Source: Flaccisagitta enflata (Eukaryota). Taken from it: a stretch of DNA of 64,000 nucleotides. Positions 40,622-64,000 of the stretch are shown here, in pieces; position 1 is the first letter of the stretch, and each line of letters begins with the position of its first letter. A program made the position numbers and the translations under genes. The stretch covers positions 15,190,001 to 15,254,000 of the forward strand of contig OZ231126.1 in NCBI GenBank assembly GCA_965153355.1, in the 5' to 3' direction. The notes below the pieces were generated by a model. The model had not been told where the DNA came from. It worked only from the letters and a program-made list of their open reading frames with translations, and did no database searches.

Positions 40622-43010
40622 CGTACGTGTGCGTGCGTACATCAGACTCTACAATTACAGTTACGGCTTCAACGCGACGTGAACAAGCCTTAGAGGGCAA
40701 TAATTTTAGGCTACATGTTTCACTACAACACATTGTCAGTAAATTACATGATTTCATAATAACAAAGAAATATTCCAAAATTAGGAATATTAGAAATTAG
40801 GGTACGCGGCGAGATATTCAAGGTGCAATCAGCCAGAAGTCCGATCTTTGGTGCCCTTTTCTTCTTTTCATTGTCATTGTTGTTACTTTTTTTTCGGGGG
40901 GGGGGGGCTGTTGTAGAAATAAACGTTCCTGAAAAGAGCAAAGAGAAGTTTGAAAACCAAACTACTTAGTTACAACTCAACGCAACTCGGTAATAGACTT
41001 TAAAATCCATCTGTCAGTCCACATCTGTTAGTCTGTCCGTTGGTCCATTGTCCATTGGTCCAATGGTCCGTCACGGTCGAGTTGAAAATGCAAATAAAAC
41101 GCACATTTTTGATGCTGCAGTTGTGTGTGCGTGTGTGAGGGAGTGTGTAGGAGACGACTTGGATTTCCCAGGCCACCCGTCCGCAACAATATGACACATT
41201 GAAAATTATTGTGACACTTCAGTTTCGCCGAGAGCAAAAAAATCAAAATTTTTTTTACCAAAAACAAATGATTCACCTGAAAATATATGTCACTTTGAGT
41301 AGTTAACAGAGAAAATTGATGCAAAATATCATCAGAAAAAAAGAATAGTGATTTTGCATTTAAAAATGACTAATTTCATAAATTTCACAAATAAATATTT
41401 AAAAATTCATAAACAGATATCAAAAATTGTCTTATAGTAATGAAAATTGACATGCAGGTGGTTTGGTGCTTCATTTAACTACCATAAAAATTTCATGACT
41501 TTTCTTCACCAGGAAGTGCCCCATTTAAAACTCTTAATAAAAAACATCATTTTTTTCTTATTTCTGTTGAATCTGACATAAATGCACCCTAAATAACAAA
41601 TTTGCATAGAAAATGCAAAATATTCACCTATGTTCAAGATTAGTTATTTAGGGGATGAAAAATGTTTTTTTCAAAAACTTTAAATTTCGTAATTTGGAAT
41701 AGAAAAACTCACAAAATTGATACTTTAAATCCACCAATTGTTACAAAATTTGAAATGCTTAAGGTTGAATGCTTCCTTTGACTACTATTCAAATTTCATG
41801 ACTTAACTCCAATGGGAAGTACCCCAAATGAATTATTCAAAATAAAATATCCTATTTTTTTGAAATTTAATTGACATTTTTTAAAAGGTACTTGACAAAA
41901 ACATCTAAAATGCTAAAAATCATATGGCAAAAAAGTTTTATACTAGTGTCAGATAGATATGAACAGCCTCTCAAAAAAAAATTGACCATATCATACAAAC
42001 TGTGTCGGTAATAATACAGTAAAGATACCTCTTTAAAATAATTCTTACTCTTTTTTAAGATTTTGCTGGAAAATTTTGCCAATTTAAGATCATTTTACTG
42101 TACAAAGCAAGCAATTTGAAGACTGATTCTTAAAAATAGTATGAATGGGCTCACATAGCACATGTCAAAACAGATTTTTAGTCAAAAATGGTTAATTTTA
42201 TGGAAAAAATTGTGCAAGAAAGTGATGGAACAAGAGTGTCGAGATATGGTTCATGATGTCATATTGTGATCCCATGTCACTTGTTTTATATCTAGGGTCA
42301 GTTATGGCGGGTTTAAATGTATTTCTAACAGGTTAAGCGGCAGACCTACAGTCAAATTGAAGCGGAACCAGCGACGGAGAGAACTTTCTATAAGTGTATG
42401 AGGCTGTATAAAAGATACTTCTTAGTTTTTACCATATCTAATTTGCGAGAATAACTGACCCGATATAGATTTTGGCCCAAGGCTATCGCAAGAGAAAGAC
42501 CTGAATGAGAACAAAAACGTTTGTAAAAGCATTTTGGAATATTTCAAACATTGTATCTTTATACCCCATTGTCCAAACGATTCTTGTTAGTTGCGGACAC
42601 GCAACTCTATGAGAGGCTTTGTCCGTCCGCCGGTCAGTCGGTCCGTGGACACGAGAAAATGAGCGGTCCGTGGACACGCAAAAATGAACGTTTAAGATGT
42701 TTTTTGTGTATGTGAGAGGGGCGTGGAGTATGGATGGAGGTAGGATGCCCCTGCCCACCCGTCCGCAACGATATTGTGACCCCGCGTCATTTGTTTTTTA
42801 CCTTTTTGGCAATTTTCAGTTATTCAAGGCATAGCTTTTCTTGCCCACGGGTTCTGCGTTAGCGCGATTCAATTCACACAGAGGCATTGCAATACTCCAA
42901 CCTGTTGCAATCGTACTTTTGAGTATCAAATCGAAGCAGCAACTTTTTGCTTCATCAATTGATGTGTCAGTTTATCAGAACATCGGAATGTTGTCCAAAT
43001 GTTTTGTCTA

Positions 43011-43140
<130 letters not shown>

Positions 43141-43999
43141 CTTAGCATCGGCGTTGGTCCTGACGCATTCTCACGCCCAAGCGCATTCACGTCCAACAGT
43201 TTATTTGTTCAAATTAATGAAATCTTGCTCTCTATCTAGTATCAAATGAGAAATACTCCGACAAAAGAGAAAATCAAGAAAGAAAAAAAAAATTTGAGCT
43301 AATAAGGAACTGTTAGGAGGAAAAAATGTCAGCATCGGATGATTTTACACCAACGTTTTATGTTCGCTCCACTTATGAATCATGAAAAAATTGTCAATAA
43401 GCAGTGCATCGTAGGCTGGGTTGATTTCATTACTTGTGTCACACCAATTATTGCAATACATTTCCTGATTTTAGTCTCAACGTGTACGATCAAAAAAGTA
43501 GAAAATAAAAATTGACCCCAGCCCTACAAGGCTATGAAATTTTTTCATCTCTTAAGTCAAGGGGTGACACACCTTTTTATCAAAAAAAAATTTTTCTAGT
43601 AGGGCTCGACCTGAAAGACGAGGTTTATCCCGGGCTGTCAGTAAAGTGACGACTTTGCCGCTTTAGGGCAGTATAATAGGCCCTCTCACGGTCTCCCTGT
43701 AAAAAAATCTCACGATCGATAGGCCTTCTTAAAGTTTTTTGCTATAATTGAGCCCATAGTGGATTTTGGTGTCATATTGGCGCATAGTGCGCCATCGATA
43801 ATCATCGATAATCAACTTCGAAAGTAACAAGGTCAGATACACGGCAAACCAGTCGCGGAAGGTTGAGCAGGGGCAGTTACGCCAAAACCGCTTGGAATTC
43901 AAAAATGTGATGGACGGACCGAGAGTAAAGGTGGCGATCAACACGGCAAGGTGTAATGTCGCGTGTCCGCGACAAAAAAAGATAGTAAATCGTTGTTCA

Positions 44000-44115
<116 letters not shown>

Positions 44116-44264
44116 GTGTGTAAAAAAGAGAGAGAAAAAAAGAGGACCTGACGCACTTGGATTCTACAATTTGTCCATCCTAAAGCTTCACTCGATCACA
44201 TGTATTCGTACCTACTTCGAGACATCCCTAATGGCCTCAGACATGCACGCACGCACACACACAC

Positions 44265-44328
<64 letters not shown>

Positions 44329-44855
44329 GTGCGCGCGCTTGCATGCAAGCATGCTGTCTTTGTTATTTTTAGTGTTGTAGTGAGGGATATTGTTTTACCA
44401 CTGAGTAGTCAGTAGCTTGGATTAGAATGCCCGGCGATTACATTTCAAGCTTGACCTCGATTCTATCCTTCAAGGTATGGTATGTGTGTGTGTCTGTGTG
44501 TCTGTGTGTGAAGGCCTGTTTGTCCCTGCTCACACGTCAACGTGGTAACACCAGGTTACTTAGGTAGGAAGGAAAGGATCAAACAAGGCCAAGTTACAGC
44601 CTCGCTGATCAACAATTGGAATGAAAATTTTGAAATTAATGAATAGATGATGAATGGATGAATTGAAAAATGAACAAATGAATGAATGGATTAAAACGGG
44701 AAGGCATGAATGGTGTCAGGCATGAAGAGACACGCCTGACCCACTGGACCAACAGACCAATCAAACCAATCTAATGGGAAGGCATGAATGGTGACAGGCA
44801 TGAAGAAACACGTCTGACCCACTGGACCAACAGACCAATCAAACGACCCCTTATA

Positions 44856-45440
44856 CAGTACGATGGGGGCAAAGACGAACTAGACTGGAGGATAGATTTT
44901 AAGTATCTTATTTTTATTTGATTCATGAAAAAATTAAGTTGTGTACTAATTAGATATTGCTTTATTGCCTGAATATATTCACTTCTCTCATTATTTAACT
45001 CGTGACTTGACTTCATCCAGACTTCGTTTTTCAATATGTAACCTATTTTATCACATAGGGCAAAAAATTTTACATAATTAAAAAAACTCAGCTCAAACGC
45101 ACTACTTTTATAGGTTTTATGCCTGTTTTAAGCTTTGCCCAGGTACTAATTTACATGATTGTTCTGTTGAAAAATAACTGGAAAACCTGTAAAAATAGTT
45201 TAAATCAGCTATTTTTTTTAGATTACATTAATTTTTAGCCCAATCTGATAGGCTAGGTTAGAACTTTGAAAAAAAAGTCCTGATGAAGTCAAGTTAAGTT
45301 AAAGGATGAGAAAAATTAACATATTCAAGCAATAGAGCAACTTTTGATTAGCATGAATGTAAATCTTTTATAAATCAAATGAAATTAAAATATTTATAAT
45401 CTATCCTCCAGTCTAGGTCGTCTTTGCTCCCATTGTACTG
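44856..45440. mobile_element. TA-flanked MITE (CAGTACGATGGG(G/A)GCAAAGACGA.CTAGACTGGAGGA TIR family)
   Basis: TIRs at both ends with TA flanks; same family at 52953-53527 and 60942-61544. Confidence 0.85.
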
Positions 45441-45921
45441 TAGATGTGCAACAACGCACATGAAAAGCCAGAATAGGGAATTTGGCGGGACAGTAGTCAC
45501 AGTACATAACAATGTTGTTCATTGCATTATCATTAAAAAGTCTCATAGATTCCACGTAAAATTGTTGTAGCAAACTTTGAACGAACCAAATGTAATTTTG
45601 TTATGACACGGAATAATCTAGGGCGGAATTTCTTGTTTCTTATAAAGTGCATGAACGGGTGTGAATGGGGTTGGATGCCCCTGCCCACCCATCCGCAATG
45701 ATTTTGTGACCCCGCGCCACTTGTTAGAAGGGATGTGGATGCGTTTGACAACTTCCAATTTGGAGGATGCGATAGCTACTAGTATTTGAACTGCAAAATG
45801 GGAGCGGAAACGGAAGTGTTGGAAAGCTGAAAGCGGCATAATTTTTCTGCCACCACATCCCTAGTTCTTATGGGCTGATTTTTGTTATAAACGCGTTAAC
45901 GTTTGAGCCTAATTTGACTGT

Positions 45922-45970
<49 letters not shown>

Positions 45971-46084
45971 CGAATTATGAACTTGAGTAGTGCAGAAAAA
46001 AAATTTGAAAGGAGAGTGGAGTGACGAATGGGTGTATGACTCAAAAAATACACACACAAAATTGTCTGCGATACACACAGACAA

Positions 46085-46117
<33 letters not shown>

Positions 46118-46257
46118 CACACAAATATATATACACACAAATACATATACACACAAATACATATACACACAAACACAAATACATATACACACAAACACAA
46201 ATACATATACACACAAACACAAATACATATACACACAAACACAAATACATATACACA

Positions 46258-46342
<85 letters not shown>

Positions 46343-46850
46343 TCATGGATGTGTGGCTGCTCCAAAAATTACAAAGTCCCCATGGAAATTTCAGACCGAA
46401 TCTAAAATGAGACCAATATTTTTCAATTGTGAAATAGGTAGGAGTAGCAAATCTCTACTTATTTCAGGAACGGTCCATCAGTCTGTCCGTCCGTAAGATT
46501 TTTAGTCGCGTGCTATGCGACTCTATAAGCCACTTTTTGGTCAGTCTGTGAGTCTGTCGGTCCGTTGGTCTGTCGGTCCGTCCATCCATCACAAACCTGT
46601 TTTAAGTGCTTTTTAAAGCGTTTTTATGTCTCTGACTGGTAGAATAGAAACTTTGTGGAGTTAATGGCCCTTTAAAGTGTCTTTAAGAAAAATTGTTAGT
46701 CTGTCTGACTGACTTTTTGGAAAGTGCTGGCGCAAGCGACTTAGGTCTAATGACCTTGCTGAATTGCGAGGGGGTTCTCATTACTGCTCCTGCCCATCCG
46801 TCTGCGCGAGCTGCGACTGGATTGCCATTTATCCAGCCTGGTTCTTAGTA

Positions 46851-47410
46851 CAGTAGATGTCGTCTAGACTTGGAAATACGGGGGAATTCATTACAGTTAA
46901 GAGACTGATATTTGGAATATAAAGTAATAAAGGGATGCTTTATTGCCCATGGGTGCTGGTTGCCATGGAAACACATTTCCATGTATTTACGCTAAAGTAT
47001 CAATCTTTTCAGAAATTTTTTGAGGGAACATTGTTTAAAATAAAATTTGCAACAACTTTCCCACAGTATGTTCTGTAAGAATATCGCTAGTTTAGCGGTT
47101 GCTAGGGAGCATCACAGGGCTGTCACACATAGTTACGCTCCCTAGCAACGGCTAAACGAGCAATATTCTTACAGAACATATTGTGGGAAAGTTGTAGCAC
47201 ATTTTAATTCAAACAATGTTCCCTAAAAAAATTTCTCAAAATATTGATACTTTAACGTGAATACATGAAAATGTGTTTCCATAACAACCAACACCCATGG
47301 GCAACAAAACATCCTTTTATTAGTTTATATTCCAAATATCAGCCTCCTAACTTTATTTGTCTTCCTGTAATGATTTCCCCCGTATTTCCAAGTCTAGACG
47401 ACATCTACTG
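46851..47410. mobile_element. TA-flanked MITE, almost fully palindromic
   Basis: TA|CAGTAGATGTCGTCTAGACTTGGAAATACGGGG...CCCCGTATTTCCAAGTCTAGACGACATCTACTG|TA; the internal arms 46900-47110 and 47137-47345 are also inverted. Confidence 0.9.
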
Positions 47411-49091
47411 TATCCTTTTGCCAAATACATTTTTCATTCTTTTTAAGAAACAAAGCCAAGTAGGCCAATAAGGTGCGCCGGGTTGACCGTAAAACAAATG
47501 CGTTACCCGACCAGTTGACCAACGACCAACCGACCAACGAACAGAGCCTATTATAGGCGCACCTGAAATCTAGAATTTCAAAATCCATTTAATTAACAGA
47601 TTATAGGGATGCTCGCTTAAAAGTATCACCATTTTAAACAAATAGAGCTAGTACAACTAGTTATGTTAGCGAGCAAAAAAAATTTTGCTCGATGATTAAT
47701 TGGTCTAAAACTAAAATATCAATTGCTCAAGCAATAATCGAGGATTTTCAAGGATTTTTTCTCATTATTCTATGACTAGCCGCTAGCATTAAAAAAAACA
47801 AGGCCAACACCTTTACGTCGCGTGCGAGACTAACAGATTGACTTAGAATGACTTAGAATGGCTTAGAATGACTTAGTTTACCCTAAAATGACTTAAAATG
47901 ACTTCAGGAAATAAAATTGATAAAAAAAGTAAAATGGGGACCGGCCGACCGACCGACCAACCGACGGACAAAGCGGGGTGTAGAGTCGCATGCACGCGAC
48001 TAAAAACAAAACAAATAAAATGCATACATGGGTAAGAGAAGTGTTTTCATCATATTCAGGCCTTTTTTTAGTGAATTTTTTGGGAGAGCCAACCGGGCTC
48101 TCTCCTCCCAATTTTACAGAGCTCGAAGGAAAAACAGCGAGCCCGGCAAAAAAAAACAATGCTGGATGGAAGGCTACACAAATTGTGTGTGGGCGGTCAG
48201 GGGTAGTGAGGAGATTTGCTAGAAAACATTTGGGCATGAGAAGTGACATTAGAATCACCTGTAAATGCACAAAAAGAAAAAAAAACAATGTCACCGATCA
48301 ATAGAGCAACAGATGGACTAATGAATGGGCCAACCAACCAACGGACAGACCAACAGATGGAAAGACCGCCCAACATAGTGGGTTACAGAGTAGCGTGCAA
48401 ACATGCAAATTTTGCTCCATTTTTTAAAAATGTGAGAGCTTCATGACGTGACACTCATCTTTCAATGGTGATTTTTCCTCTCTCTCATAATAGCAAAAAT
48501 CATCACATGCTAACCTTTTTTTTAAACCATCAAAATAATGACAATATTACATGAAAAAGGAGATGCTTTACTTGTTGATCAATTCTACATTTGACGAGGT
48601 GACTATAGTAGAAGTTCAATTTAGTCACTCATAACTTGTGAATTGGGTTTTCTTCTCATGATTTTACAAAAATCTTCCAATCGATTTGAGTTCAAAAATG
48701 GTTTCAATCTTGAGAGAGCCAGCCGGGCTCAGAGCCAGCAAAACCAGAGAGCCCGACTGCAAAATAGAGAGCCACGGGCTCGCGGGCTCGCTCTAAAAAA
48801 AGGCCTGATCATATTCAAAGCAGTAAAATGTTTCTAAGCATTAGGCAACAAAACAGGGCCAACACCTATAAGTCGCGTGCGAGACTTACAGATTGACTTA
48901 GATTGACTTAGAATGACTTAGATTGACTTAGTATCTCATAAAATGACTTAAAATGACTTAAAGAAATAAAATTGATAAAAAAAGTAAAATGGGGACTGAC
49001 CAACCAGCCGACCGACTGACCGACCGACTAGCCTACCAACCGACCGATGGACGGACAAAGCGGGGTGTAGAGTCGCGTGCACGCGACTAAA

Positions 49092-49240
49092 ACAAGGCCG
49101 GATACACGGCAATCCAGTCGCGGACGGTTGGGCAGGAGCAGTAATGCGAAAACTGATCGTAATTCAAAAATGTTACGGAGGGACGGACGGACCGACCGAC
49201 CGACACGGCAAGTTGTAGAGTCGCGTGTCCGCGACTAAAA
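49092..49240 (+). mobile_element. Representative of an abundant Helentron/HINE (DINE-1-like) non-autonomous repeat family
   Basis: ACAAGGCCGGATACACGGC...GTCGCG..GGGTGGGCAGG, then a (GGAC/CGAC)n microsatellite, then terminal hairpin AGTCGCGTG(C/T)(A/C)CGCGACT followed by an A run. Related copies at about 1075, 9387, 21943, 23500, 24294, 42590, 47800, 48855, 55412 and 61565. The family assignment is by architecture only. Confidence 0.6.
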
Positions 49241-49751
49241 ATAGAGTACTTTTTTTTCAGAAATCATTCAGCTATTAAGTTTTTTCCTCAGAAAGATGGG
49301 TTTATCGCCTGAACGGGATCTAGTCACAAACATCCTGGCAGCAGGGAAGGCGCATTAAGCTCTACCGGAAATGGGAGTAAGAGTCTTGATCGCGCACAAT
49401 ACTTTTTAAAGATGGTCATTACCCTTTTTGGGCAGCGGTCCTGAAGGGGTCGATGACCTAAGCTTTCACACATATGGAAAATTTTCTCCTCCTTCTCCAT
49501 CCCCCCCCCTTAAATCCTAGTCTTGAGGCCCAAATCCCAGTCTTGAAGCTCAAATCCTAGCCCGGGGGCCCAGATCCCAGCCTTGAGGCCCAAATCTCAG
49601 TCTCGAGGTTCAAATCTTAGCCAAGAGGCCCAGATCCCAGAGGAGGAGAAGGAGAAAATTCCCCATATGTGTGAAAGCATAGGTTATCGACTCCTTTGGG
49701 GCCGCTGCCCTGTTTCCCCTTTATCTACAAGCACAACCTACTTAGGCAGGG

Positions 49752-49812
<61 letters not shown>

Positions 49813-50284
49813 GCAAGCATTATCGACCACCGAACGTATGGGTGTATGGACTTACGGACCGAAAAAAATTGCCATTCGAGAAACAAGCCCACACTAAAGT
49901 ATGTGGCAGAGCGGAAAAAGTAAAAATGTCTATGAGCAGACAGCATGAAGGGAAGAAGAACCGTGAAGTTGAATGGTAGCTAAACTGTTTCTCTTCAGGC
50001 TTTTTGGGCAGCGGCCCTGAAGGGGACGAAGTCCTGTAGAACACAGGGGGACTTTCGTTTGTCCGTTCGTCCGTCTGTGCGTCCCCCCCAAGGCCCTCTC
50101 AGGCCTGAAATCTGCCCTCTCAGGCCTAAAATCTGTCCTTTAAGGCCTGAAATCTGCCCTCTCAGGCCTTGAATCTGCCCTCTCAGGCCTGAAATTTGCC
50201 CTTACAAAACTGTTAACCATCCTCTCAGGCCTAAAATCTGCCCTCCCAGGCTTGAAATCTGCTCTCTCAGATTCAAGGCCTTTC

Positions 50285-50367
50285 TTTCTTTCATTCTCCG
50301 ACGGTTTTCTTTCTTTCATTCTCCGACGGTTTTTTTTCTTTCATTCTCCGACGGAAGCTCTATAAAA
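50285..50367 (+). promoter_or_regulatory. Candidate promoter of the RAG1-like gene: three tandem TTCTTTCATTCTCCGACGG motifs followed by TATAAAA
   Basis: Three motif copies at about 50285-50354, TATAAAA at 50361-50367, about 390 bp upstream of ATG 50754. A strong donor GTGAGT at 50535 and an AG acceptor at 50719-50720 suggest a 5' UTR intron. Confidence 0.4.
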
Positions 50368-50397
50368 CAAGACTGCCCAATTTGGACAGTTTATTGT

Positions 50398-50470
<73 letters not shown>

Positions 50471-50753
50471 TTATGCCATACCCGTTGCCTCCGCTTACTG
50501 AAAATTCACCGGCCTATATGGAGAGCAGACAAGGGTGAGTTTAATTCTCAATGAATCGCAAATGGGGGTTAAGTATCATTCCACTAATGCACGAACAGAG
50601 GTTAGGCATCAATCCACTGAATCACGAATACCAATTTCACCGAAGCACGAAGTCGTGCTTCAGTGAAATTAGTCTTGACAGGCCCATTTTTGAAATTTTC
50701 TTTCGCGATTCAGTGAATAGGCCGAGAAAATCCGTGCGAATGCCGTTTTAATA

Positions 50754-64000
<13,247 letters not shown>

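Noticed and set aside
49850-49900. Minus-strand VWACFS peptide resembling a Tc1 transposase motif
   Set aside because: Only six residues, with no surrounding DDE-domain similarity.

Overview
Repeat-rich eukaryotic (animal-like) genomic DNA. Most ORFs in the six-frame track are microsatellite or satellite artefacts. Manual splice reconstruction supports three intron-containing genes, all on the + strand. (1) SPF45/RBM17 splicing factor (G-patch + UHM), about 10.2-14.5 kb. (2) A cytosolic ZU5-UPA-Death-domain protein with an HFS autoproteolysis-type motif, about 14.9-19.2 kb; its last exon was not found with confidence. (3) A gene of at least 9 exons encoding a RAG1/Transib-superfamily DDE transposase-like protein, from 50.75 kb to beyond the window end. 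It has phase-consistent exons and intact equivalents of RAG1 D600, D708, C727/C730 and D792/H795. Inside intron 3 of that gene is a 2,981-bp non-autonomous Transib/RAG-type element (54163-57143) with a perfect 5-bp target-site duplication and CACTGTG termini. Its two ends carry the same second motif at spacers of 15 and 5 bp, a one-helical-turn asymmetry reminiscent of the 12/23 RSS rule. The rest of the window is satellites, TA-flanked MITEs, Helentron/HINE-like dispersed repeats, a foldback element and an octamer-rich repeat region. All family assignments come from remembered motifs; no database search was run.
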